Below, piece after piece: positions 54,469 through 62,766 of a stretch of 64,000 bases of DNA. The notes beneath the pieces are model-generated. The model ran no database searches and was not told where the DNA came from. It saw nothing but the letters and a program-made list of their open reading frames with translations. Both the position numbers and the translations under genes were made by a program. Position 1 is the stretch's first letter; each line of letters begins with the position of its first letter. This DNA comes from Chitinophagales bacterium (GTDB lineage Bacteria; Bacteroidota; Bacteroidia; Chitinophagales; LD1): assembly GCA_044228435.1 (NCBI GenBank), contig JBGAUW010000003.1:215933-279932 (forward strand). The letters run 5' to 3'.

Positions 54469-55902
54469 ATGAAACTGCAGCTGCTTTTATGTAAAGATTA
54501 TACCGCCTTTAATAACACCATTATATTAATTGACGACAAGACGAAAGTAGCCTCTTTGGGCCTAGCTAAGGGCGTTGCCGCCGAGGCTGAAACATTTTTT
54601 AATGAAAAGGTAAACCACATTTTTCAGCAACAGTACGAGGGCCGGAGCCTTAGCGTGGTAAAAATTGATACCGGAAAAGAAGAATATAAAACGCTGGAGG
54701 CTGCCCGCCGCGCCGGCAATGCCATTAATAAATTTTTAAACGGCAAACGTATTAAAGAGGCATCATTGCTAAACGGCTCTGCTAACCCTGCCTTAGCCCT
54801 GGCCTTTGCCGAAGGCGCCGCCTTAAGCAACTACGAGTTTTTAAAGTATAAAACCAAAGACAAGAAAGAGAAAAGCCTTGCTAAACTGCATATTGATGCA
54901 AAATCGGCCGATAAAAAATCGCTGGATGAACTAAGCAGCCTGGTAGAGGCAAACTTCTTTTCGCGCACCCTAATAAACGAACCGCTATCGTACTTAACAG
55001 CTACCCAATTGGCTAAAGAGATACAACGTGCCGGTAAAGAGAATGGCTTTGATGTAAAGGTGTTTGATAAAAAGAAAATTGAGGCCCTTAAAATGGGTGG
55101 CTTGCTATCGGTAAACAAGGGAAGTATAGACCCGCCTACCTTTACCGTGCTTGAATACAAAGGCAAAAGCCCTAAAAACAAAAAACCAATTGTATTGGTG
55201 GGTAAGGGTGTGGTATACGATACCGGTGGCCTTAGTCTTAAGCCAACGCCTAACAGCATGGATATGATGAAGTGCGACATGAGCGGTGCCGCAGCCGTAG
55301 CCGGCATTTTTGTAGCCGCAGCTAAACTGAAACTACCGGTGCACATAGTAGGTTTAATACCTGCTACCGATAATCGCCCTGGCGGTAACGCCTACGTACC
55401 CGGCGATGTGGTAACTATGATGAGCGGAATGAATGTAGAGATGCTGAACGCCGATGCCGAAGGCCGCATGATTTTGGCCGATGCCCTGCACTATGCCAAA
55501 CAATACTCGCCTGAATTGGTGTTTGATTTTGCTACCCTTACCGGTGCCGCAAAAGCTGCTACCGGTGGTGTTGCTTCGCCATTTATGGGTACTGCCGGCG
55601 ATGATGTAAAGAAAAAACTAACTACCAGCGCTAATAACACTTACGAGCGTTTAATTGAGTTTCCGCTGTGGGATGAGTATGGCGAAATGATAAAGAGCGA
55701 TGTGGCCGATATTAAAAACGTAGGCGGGCCGGAGGCGGGTGCTATTACAGCAGGCAAATTTTTAGAGCACTTTACCAGCTACCCATGGATGCACTTTGAC
55801 ATTGCAGGCACAGCCTATTTAATGGGCGAAGATAGCTACCGCGGCAAATACGGCACGGCCGTAGGCGTTAGGTTGATTACAGACTTTTTGAAGAACTACT
55901 AA
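54469..55902 (+). CDS. pepA: M17 family leucyl aminopeptidase
   Basis: Has the M17 signature NADAEGRMILADAL and the metal/active-site context VGKGVVYDTGGLSLKP. Confidence 0.85.
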   Translation: MKLQLLLCKDYTAFNNTIILIDDKTKVASLGLAKGVAAEAETFFNEKVNHIFQQQYEGRSLSVVKIDTGKEEYKTLEAARRAGNAINKFLNGKRIKEASLLNGSANPALALAFAEGAALSNYEFLKYKTKDKKEKSLAKLHIDAKSADKKSLDELSSLVEANFFSRTLINEPLSYLTATQLAKEIQRAGKENGFDVKVFDKKKIEALKMGGLLSVNKGSIDPPTFTVLEYKGKSPKNKKPIVLVGKGVVYDTGGLSLKPTPNSMDMMKCDMSGAAAVAGIFVAAAKLKLPVHIVGLIPATDNRPGGNAYVPGDVVTMMSGMNVEMLNADAEGRMILADALHYAKQYSPELVFDFATLTGAAKAATGGVASPFMGTAGDDVKKKLTTSANNTYERLIEFPLWDEYGEMIKSDVADIKNVGGPEAGAITAGKFLEHFTSYPWMHFDIAGTAYLMGEDSYRGKYGTAVGVRLITDFLKNY

Positions 55903-55911
55903 ACACACCAA

Positions 55912-56964
55912 ATGGAAAACGAAAAATATACCGTAGGCATTACCCTTGGCGATTACAATGGCATAGGCCCCGAAGTATTGATTAAAGTGCTGAGCGATGA
56001 GCGCATTTACAAATACTGCAACGTGGTGGTGTATGGACAAAAGAGCGTTATTTCGTTTTATACCAAGCTGCTTAAAATACAGAACTTTAATATACAGGAG
56101 GTAAAAGATACCACCGGTCTTAGCCCTAAGCTACCTAATATAATTAATTGCTGGGCCGAGCAGGTAGAAGTGCAACCCGGCCAAAACACTGCCGAAGGTG
56201 GCAGCCGTGCTTTACTATGCCTTAATGCAGGTATAAAAGATTTAGTAGAAAAGAAGATTGACGTATTGGTTACCGGACCGGTAAACAAAAGCAACATAAG
56301 CACCCACCTGCCCGATTTTACCGGCCAAACAGAGTTGGTAAGCAAAGCGGCAGGTAACGAAAACTCGATGATGCTATTGCTAGATGATGGCCTGCGCGTA
56401 GGTTTGGTTACTAACCACGTATCGTTAAAGGATGTAACGGGCAAAATCGACATCAACCTTATTTTAACCAAGCTGGAGACGCTGAACAATACTTTAAAGC
56501 AAGACTTCTTAATAAGCAAGCCACGTATAGCCGTGTTAGGCCTTAACCCGCATGCCGGCGATAACTCGCTGTTAGGTAAAGAAGAAAAAGATATAATAGC
56601 ACCGGCGGTTAACCGCGCTAAAGAGAAAGGTATGTTAGTAGTAGGTCCGTTCTCTGCCGATGGCTTTTTTGGCTCGCAGCACTTCCGCAAGTTTGATGCA
56701 GTGCTGGCAATGTACCACGACCAGGGCTTAGTACCGTTTAAAACACTTTCGTTTGGCACCGGTGTAAACTTTACAGCCGGCCTTAACGTAGTGCGCACCT
56801 CACCCGACCACGGCACCGGTTATGATATTGCCGGTAAAGATCTTGCCGATTCTGATTCGCTGCGCAATGCCATCTTTACCGGAATAGATATCATCCGTCA
56901 CCGCACCGCCTATAAAGAAATGACGGCTAACCCGGTTGAGAAGGTAGCTGTGGATAGAGAGTAA
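55912..56964 (+). CDS. pdxA: 4-hydroxythreonine-4-phosphate dehydrogenase
   Basis: Motifs ITLGDYNGIGPEV, GLNPHAGDN, AMYHDQGL and TSPDHGTGYDIAG. Confidence 0.9.
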   Translation: MENEKYTVGITLGDYNGIGPEVLIKVLSDERIYKYCNVVVYGQKSVISFYTKLLKIQNFNIQEVKDTTGLSPKLPNIINCWAEQVEVQPGQNTAEGGSRALLCLNAGIKDLVEKKIDVLVTGPVNKSNISTHLPDFTGQTELVSKAAGNENSMMLLLDDGLRVGLVTNHVSLKDVTGKIDINLILTKLETLNNTLKQDFLISKPRIAVLGLNPHAGDNSLLGKEEKDIIAPAVNRAKEKGMLVVGPFSADGFFGSQHFRKFDAVLAMYHDQGLVPFKTLSFGTGVNFTAGLNVVRTSPDHGTGYDIAGKDLADSDSLRNAIFTGIDIIRHRTAYKEMTANPVEKVAVDRE

Positions 56965-56968
56965 TTTT

Positions 56969-59170
56969 TTATCCCTTCAAATACCTGCCCAGCGCCCAAA
57001 TGGGGAACACATTGCGGTAGCTGGTGTAGCTTATCATACAGTTATGGTTAAAAACGCCGCTTATGCTTTCTTGTGGCCAATCGCCGGTGGGTTGCTGGCG
57101 GCTGATGAGTAAGCGCATACCTTTTTCGATGGCAGTTTTTATAGCCTGTTGTTTAGCACCGGTTGTTAGTTTCTCAATCTCCATTAGGCTTAGCAAAGCC
57201 CAACTGGTATTAACCACCTGGCTGGTGGGGTGCTCTATGTATTCTTTCTCAATACAGCTTTCAAAGCTTTCGCCCCAGCCACCATCTTCTTTTTGTTTCG
57301 ATAAAAGAAACGTGCTTGTACGTTCGATTGCTGCATTTATTTCCGCACTCTGTATTCCGGTTTCCGCCTTAGTAAGCGCTTCAATGGCAAACCAGGTTCC
57401 ATAGGTAAAACAAACTGCCCACGAACCATACCAAGAGCCATCTTCCCGCTGCAAGTTCTTTTTAAATTCTGCCAGGCTTTGTATACAGGCCGATGAACAT
57501 TCGGTGTAGGAGTAATCTACCATTATGTTTCCAAATACTTCCGAGGGGTTCAGTAACTCTATCCATTCCGGCGCACGGGTCAGTTCATACGATGCCCAAC
57601 CGCCGCCACTGTTTTGCATAGAAAGTAAAAGGTCGGCCGCCTTCTTTAATCTTTCATCAGAAATTTGTTTCTCCTGTATCGTATCTTCTCTCTTGTGCCT
57701 TTCCTCTTGTTTCTGTTGTCTTGTTTCTTGCTTCTTGTTTCTTGGCTCTACTAACAACGCCGTCTTCAATCCCTCTGCCGTGCAATCGGTAATGGGCCAA
57801 CCGTGGTCGGCAGTAGAGAAAGGCCAGCCGCCTACGGAGTCGTGCCGGAAATACTTTTTGTGGTCGCGCACTTCTTCTTTCACTTGGCTATGGTCAATGA
57901 AATTGAAAGCCTTACTTACTGTTTCAGGAAAATACTTTTCCATACCACCTTCTAAAATAGCCTGGGTGGCAAACACGGTATCCCATAATTGCGAGCCGTT
58001 ATAGCCCTGCATTTTCATACCATCTTCAGCTACCCAAAGGTAGTCGGCCCAACGCTCTGCGTGCTTTTTAAACCGCACTGAATCTTTACCGTAGGCATGG
58101 TAAATAGCAATAGAGTTTATAACCTGATTAACCGGGCCTATATCAATATAATTGGTGTGTTCATCTTCGGCATTAATGTAATCCAGGCAAAAGTCGACCG
58201 CCTTTTTGCGCCAGCTTTTTACTTTAAACTTTTCGTAAACGTTTAAAGCGCGGTTCATCAGTTTTAAAGCTGCCGACTGAGGGTAGTATAAATCGGGCTC
58301 TGCACAACTTTCGCGCGCCTTTACCCAATCTACCGATGCATAATCTTGTGTATATAACTCCTTGCGCAGTTCGGCAATCAGGTTGTTTTGTCGCCCTATC
58401 ACTTTATGTCCATAGCAATAAGCCATGGGCAGGTAAACCATGCGCGCATGGCACCAATACCGCCCCGGGTGAAAGGGCAGCCACTGCGGCAAAGTCCACA
58501 TTTCGGGAAACAGAGAGTTATTGCCTTCCCACTCATAAACGCCCAACACACTCAGATAAAATTTGCCCCAGCCAGGCAAGCCCGTAGCCCCGCCATTTGC
58601 CAGTATCCACTGGCGGGCATTGATAATTTGAGGGGTATCTTTTTCCATACCCAGCAGCCGCAACGCCACATATTGCAGTACGGTGCCGAACATGGTGCTT
58701 TTGCCTTCCAGGTGCAAGCCCCAGCCCCCATCGGGGTTCTGGTGGTTTAAAAAATATTGTTTCATTAAAGCCTGATGGCTTTCGGGAAAGGGGGTTTCGG
58801 TTACGTAGCTGGCTATAACCAGCCCCGGCAACAAAAACATAGGGCCGCCGTAGTCGCCCGGCCAATGGCCTTCGGGGGTTTGCAGGGTGCTGTAAAAGTG
58901 GATGCCTTTATAAGCCGCCTGAAAAGCCTTGTGCGATATTTCGCCCTCCAAATTATCGGGGTAAGGAATGTGCAGAGGATTTAAATTGGTTAGCAAACCA
59001 ACCTGCTGGGCCCTATAAACACGGTCTGCGCTGTTCGGATTTTCGGATTTGTTGTAAACAAAATCTTCAAAAACCTTACCGTGGTTGTTTCTCTCGCCAA
59101 CATAGCTCCATCGCTGCCTTCCCGCATCTGTATTGAGTTTCCAGCTGTTCCACCCCTGTTTATTTAGCAT
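56969..59170 (-). CDS. oxidosqualene cyclase (cycloartenol-synthase-like terpene cyclase/mutase)
   Basis: 733-aa ORF with the catalytic DCTAE motif (WPITDCTAEGLK), not the DxDD of squalene-hopene cyclases. Also YWCHARMVYLPM, MQGYNGSQLWDT and QW-type repeats (DGSWYGSW, DGGWGES, GDWPQE). Confidence 0.9.
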   Translation of the reverse strand: MLNKQGWNSWKLNTDAGRQRWSYVGERNNHGKVFEDFVYNKSENPNSADRVYRAQQVGLLTNLNPLHIPYPDNLEGEISHKAFQAAYKGIHFYSTLQTPEGHWPGDYGGPMFLLPGLVIASYVTETPFPESHQALMKQYFLNHQNPDGGWGLHLEGKSTMFGTVLQYVALRLLGMEKDTPQIINARQWILANGGATGLPGWGKFYLSVLGVYEWEGNNSLFPEMWTLPQWLPFHPGRYWCHARMVYLPMAYCYGHKVIGRQNNLIAELRKELYTQDYASVDWVKARESCAEPDLYYPQSAALKLMNRALNVYEKFKVKSWRKKAVDFCLDYINAEDEHTNYIDIGPVNQVINSIAIYHAYGKDSVRFKKHAERWADYLWVAEDGMKMQGYNGSQLWDTVFATQAILEGGMEKYFPETVSKAFNFIDHSQVKEEVRDHKKYFRHDSVGGWPFSTADHGWPITDCTAEGLKTALLVEPRNKKQETRQQKQEERHKREDTIQEKQISDERLKKAADLLLSMQNSGGGWASYELTRAPEWIELLNPSEVFGNIMVDYSYTECSSACIQSLAEFKKNLQREDGSWYGSWAVCFTYGTWFAIEALTKAETGIQSAEINAAIERTSTFLLSKQKEDGGWGESFESCIEKEYIEHPTSQVVNTSWALLSLMEIEKLTTGAKQQAIKTAIEKGMRLLISRQQPTGDWPQESISGVFNHNCMISYTSYRNVFPIWALGRYLKG

Positions 59171-59255
59171 CTTTTGGCATGTTTTCTAAGTAATCAACAA
59201 ATAAAAGTGAAAAATTCGCTATTGCAAATGCGAAAACTTCGCTTTTAATTTACGT

Positions 59256-59284
59256 TTGCATTGCGAATATTACGCAAGATGCAA
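59256..59284. promoter_or_regulatory. nested imperfect palindrome in the divergent cyclase / squalene synthase promoter region (candidate operator)
   Basis: TTGCA-T-TTGCG-aatatta-CGCAA-ga-TGCAA. A TACGTTTG (TAnnTTTG-like) box lies immediately upstream at 59251-59258. Confidence 0.35.
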
Positions 59285-59310
59285 TTTTCAGTTCACTAAA
59301 CAAAAACGTT

Positions 59311-60510
59311 ATGGTAATTGACTTACTGAAATCAGCCAATAAGCCATCAGAACTGATGGCGATACTTAAAATTAAATTCGGCGACCTATCGATTAAAGCA
59401 AATGATGAGCCACTGGATATACTGGCACGCAAACTTGGCGACCGCGCCTTTTGCTATGCCGCCCTTAACCAGGTTTCGCGCTCGTTTGCCGTGGTTATTC
59501 AGCAGCTGCCTTATGAACTGCGCGACCCTGTTTGTGTATTTTACCTCGTGCTGCGCGGGCTCGACTCGGTAGAAGATGATATGACTTACCCTGCCGAACA
59601 GCGCTTACCCCTGCTGCGCAACTTCCACGAAAAGTGCAACCAAAAGGGTTGTAAAATAGAAGGCGTGGGCGACTCAGCCGACTACCGCGTACTGCTGGCC
59701 AACTTTGACAAGGTGATAAACGTTCACCAATCGCTAAAACCCGAATACCGCGATGTAATAACCAACATTTGCGAAAAGATGGGCAACGGTATGGCCGACT
59801 ACGCCAGCCGCAAGGTGGTTACCCTTACCGACTACGATGATTACTGTTATTATGTGGCCGGTTTAGTGGGTATTGGGCTTTCGAGCCTGTTTTACGCCTC
59901 GGGGCTGGAAAGCCACCAATTGCAGGATAGCTTTGAATTAGCCAACTCTATGGGCCTGTTGTTGCAAAAAACAAACATCAGCCGCGATTACTACGAAGAT
60001 TTGAACCTGGGCCGCTCATTTTGGCCGAAAGAGATTTGGGGTAAATATACCGAGCGACTGGATGAGCTACAGAAAAACCCCACCTCGCCAGAGTCGCTGG
60101 GCTGCATAAATGAGCTGGTAACCGATGCCCTGCAACACGTTAGCAACTGCATATTATACCTGAACATGATACGCGACCCGCAGGTGTTCCGGTTTTGTGC
60201 CATACCGCAGGTAATGGCTATGGCTACCCTGGCAAAAATTTACAATAACCCGGATGTGTTTACCGAGGTGGTAAAAATACGCAAGGGCCTTGCCGCTAAA
60301 CTAATGGTAGAAACCAACAGCATGGAAGTGGTAAACAAGGTGATGAACAAGTATGTGGAACAAATAAGAAGCAAACTGAATACGGAAGACCCGAACTACC
60401 TGCTGACTAAAAAACGCTTGAACCGCATTACCGAATCGCTGGATGATGTGAAATATAACAAGTGCGAAATAGTGCCCGATAGAGCGATAGAGGAATCGGT
60501 ATTGTTTTAA
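59311..60510 (+). CDS. squalene synthase (farnesyl-diphosphate farnesyltransferase, eukaryote-like)
   Basis: Has the two Asp-rich motifs (LDSVEDD, RDYYEDL), YCYYVAGLVGIGLS and FCAIPQVMAMATL. Confidence 0.9.
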   Translation: MVIDLLKSANKPSELMAILKIKFGDLSIKANDEPLDILARKLGDRAFCYAALNQVSRSFAVVIQQLPYELRDPVCVFYLVLRGLDSVEDDMTYPAEQRLPLLRNFHEKCNQKGCKIEGVGDSADYRVLLANFDKVINVHQSLKPEYRDVITNICEKMGNGMADYASRKVVTLTDYDDYCYYVAGLVGIGLSSLFYASGLESHQLQDSFELANSMGLLLQKTNISRDYYEDLNLGRSFWPKEIWGKYTERLDELQKNPTSPESLGCINELVTDALQHVSNCILYLNMIRDPQVFRFCAIPQVMAMATLAKIYNNPDVFTEVVKIRKGLAAKLMVETNSMEVVNKVMNKYVEQIRSKLNTEDPNYLLTKKRLNRITESLDDVKYNKCEIVPDRAIEESVLF

Positions 60511-60519
60511 AGGCGAACC

Positions 60520-61911
60520 ATGAGCACAAGCGAATACGACATATGCATTATTGGCGCCGGAGTAGCCGGTGGCACCCTCGCTGCTTACCTGGGCAGGCAT
60601 GGACTGCGGGTAGCAGTGATTGAAAAAAGCCTGCGTGAGCAAGACCGGATAGTAGGCGAATTGCTACAGCCTGGTGGCGTAATGAAGTTACGCGAAATGC
60701 AGCTGGAGCATTTGCTGGAAGATTTTGACGCCCAACCGGTAACCGGTTATGCGCTTTTTTTAAACGGACAAAACTTTAGGGTTAACTACCCCGAGGTGGA
60801 AAATGGCCGTGGTTTTAGGAACGGAAAGTTTGTGCAGAAAATAAGAAGTGAGCTTTCATCCCTGGCATCGGTGAAAGTGATTGAAGGAAGCGCCACCGGT
60901 TTTGTTGAAGAAGGGGATATAGTAAAGGGCGTAACTTATACCGATGCCGAAACCAAAGAACCGAAACAAATAAGTGCTGCACTTACAGTTGTGTGCGATG
61001 GTATGTTCTCGGGGTTTAGGGAGCAACTGGCTATGAACCAGAAAAAAATAAGCAGCTACTTTTTAGGCATGCTTTTAAAAGATTGTGTGCTACCCTATGC
61101 TAACCACGGCCATGTGATAATTGCCGACCCATCGCCTTGTTTGGTTTACCCGGTATCAAGCACCGAAACCAGAGTGCTGATTGATTTTCCGGGTAGTGAG
61201 CCGCCAAAAAAGGGAGAAGAACTAACCGCTTACTTACGCGATACTATTGGCACACAAATGCCCGAAGAAATTAAGCCCTCCTTTTATGCGGCAGTAGAGG
61301 AAGGCAAGTTTAAGGTAATGCCCAATCATATTTTTCCGGCAAAGCCAAGGCTTAAACAAGGGGCGGTTATGCTTGGCGATTCGCTGAACATGCGGCACCC
61401 GCTAACCGGCGGAGGCATGACAGTAGCTTTTACCGATGTGCATGCCTTAGGCAGTAAATTAATACAGGCCCTATTACAACCCGGCACGCCACGCACTCCA
61501 GAAGAAAAACAGCAGCTGATTTCGGCCTGCGTAAAAGAGTTTTACGAAAACCGGCACAAACAAGTGGCCACAGTAAATATTTTAGCCGATGCGCTTTACG
61601 GGGTAATGAGCAGTAAAGATTTAAAGCAAGCCTGCTACGATTACCTGGCCCGCGGTGGTAATTACTCTGCCGAGCCGATTTCTATTTTATCGGCTGTATC
61701 GCGCGATGTAACTTTGCTTATGCGCCACTTTTTTGCCGTGGCCTTGTATGGCGTTAAAAATCTTTTAGGCTCTAAACCAAACAAGCAAGGCGCCATTCGT
61801 TCGTATAAAATGATGAAGGCTGCTGTAAAAATTATTGCTCCCCTCATGGCAAATGAAAAGCCTAACCGGGTAACACGCTCGGCGCAGAGTGTGGCAAGAG
61901 CGATGTTTTGA
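60520..61911 (+). CDS. squalene monooxygenase (squalene epoxidase)
   Basis: FAD-binding motif (DICIIGAGVAGGTLAAYL...VAVIEK), DRIVGELLQPGG and GDSLNMRHPLTGGGMTVA. Its start lies 9 nt after the squalene synthase stop. Confidence 0.9.
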   Translation: MSTSEYDICIIGAGVAGGTLAAYLGRHGLRVAVIEKSLREQDRIVGELLQPGGVMKLREMQLEHLLEDFDAQPVTGYALFLNGQNFRVNYPEVENGRGFRNGKFVQKIRSELSSLASVKVIEGSATGFVEEGDIVKGVTYTDAETKEPKQISAALTVVCDGMFSGFREQLAMNQKKISSYFLGMLLKDCVLPYANHGHVIIADPSPCLVYPVSSTETRVLIDFPGSEPPKKGEELTAYLRDTIGTQMPEEIKPSFYAAVEEGKFKVMPNHIFPAKPRLKQGAVMLGDSLNMRHPLTGGGMTVAFTDVHALGSKLIQALLQPGTPRTPEEKQQLISACVKEFYENRHKQVATVNILADALYGVMSSKDLKQACYDYLARGGNYSAEPISILSAVSRDVTLLMRHFFAVALYGVKNLLGSKPNKQGAIRSYKMMKAAVKIIAPLMANEKPNRVTRSAQSVARAMF

Positions 61912-61997
61912 GATACGAAATGCTGAATAATGAAACATACGTAGCCTTGTTTTCATTTTTAAAAGCAATCTGCCATCATATTACTATAATGACCGTA

Positions 61998-62660
61998 TTA
62001 TTGTTTTATACCCTTTAATATTATTTCGTATCCTGAACCTAAGCCTGAATGTACCTGATAATAAAACACAGAATCATCCGGGGCTTTATGAAAAGATATA
62101 GTACTTGCATAGGGGCTAGGATAATTGTGTCCGAACAAATACCTGGTTGAGTCGGGGTTATAATAGATATGTTCAGTTTGTTTAGCAATAACCGCATTGC
62201 GGTAAACGGTAACTTCCAATAGCTCATCCAAAGCCGTGGTGGTATCCAACCCGGTAATATCCCAGGACCGAGAGGTACCCGTTACGTGATATATCCCCGA
62301 AAACTGGCCAATAGCTATACTGCAATCCGGGCCTGCCCATGCCGAATCGCAAACACATCCATTTGCTACACTGTGAGAATGAAGGCCGCAGGTATCATTT
62401 GATTGATCGCAATTCGGGCCAATCCATCCTGAATCACAAACACACCCATTTCCTACATTATGAGAATGCAGGCCACAGGTATCATTTGATTGGTCACAAT
62501 CCAAACCAAACCAACCCGTATCACATACACAAGTGCCATTCTCTAAATGTTTATGGCCGGTATCTCCACAAACATCTAAATCTCCGTCAGACCCTGTCTT
62601 TTTACATCCGGCTATTACCAAAAAGAGAACAATAAATAGTATGAAGCCTTTTAGTTTCAT
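61998..62660 (-). CDS. lipoprotein with three EGF-like CxCxxGWxGxxC repeats
   Basis: Has a lipobox (LFLVIAGC) and three ~27-aa Cys-rich units (..TCGLHSH.V.NGCVCDSGW.GP.CDQSN). I prefer the ATG at 62660 over the track start, which would run into the upstream terminator. Confidence 0.7.
   Translation of the reverse strand: MKLKGFILFIVLFLVIAGCKKTGSDGDLDVCGDTGHKHLENGTCVCDTGWFGLDCDQSNDTCGLHSHNVGNGCVCDSGWIGPNCDQSNDTCGLHSHSVANGCVCDSAWAGPDCSIAIGQFSGIYHVTGTSRSWDITGLDTTTALDELLEVTVYRNAVIAKQTEHIYYNPDSTRYLFGHNYPSPYASTISFHKAPDDSVFYYQVHSGLGSGYEIILKGIKQ
62322..62576 (-). repeat. 81-bp tandem coding repeats (EGF-like units)
   Basis: Units 2 and 3 are clearly related at the DNA level (..aggccacaggtatcatttgattggtcacaat.. 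versus ..aggccgcaggtatcatttgattgatcgcaat..). Confidence 0.65.
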
Positions 62661-62716
62661 TTTGATTTGTACGGGTAACACATTAGAAAAATAAAACAAT
62701 TACCGGTAAAACAAAA

Positions 62717-62742
62717 ACGCCCTTACATTTCTGTAAAGGCGC
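62717..62742 (-). terminator. rho-independent terminator of the pyrophosphatase gene
   Basis: The minus strand reads GCGCCTTTACA-gaaa-TGTAAGGGCGT followed by TTTTGTTTT. It lies 25 nt after the stop at 62767. Confidence 0.75.
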
Positions 62743-62766
62743 TCTATTATTTAATGAGGAGATTGC

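Noticed and set aside
54831-55346. 171-aa minus-strand ORF inside the M17 aminopeptidase gene
   Set aside because: It is a shadow ORF antisense to a well-supported CDS, with no recognisable motifs.
56058-56816. 252-aa minus-strand ORF inside pdxA
   Set aside because: It lies entirely within a confidently identified gene on the other strand. Its composition is low-complexity Ser/Pro/Leu-rich, typical of a shadow ORF.
57525-58004. 159-aa plus-strand ORF inside the oxidosqualene cyclase gene (also 57063-57404 and 58388-58750)
   Set aside because: These are antisense to a full-length, motif-rich cyclase ORF, and their composition is typical of shadow frames.
61938-61966. AT-rich hairpin (ATGAAACA ... 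TGTTTTCAT followed by TTTT) after the squalene epoxidase gene as a terminator
   Set aside because: The stem is imperfect and almost entirely A/T. It is plausible but too weak to annotate as a feature.
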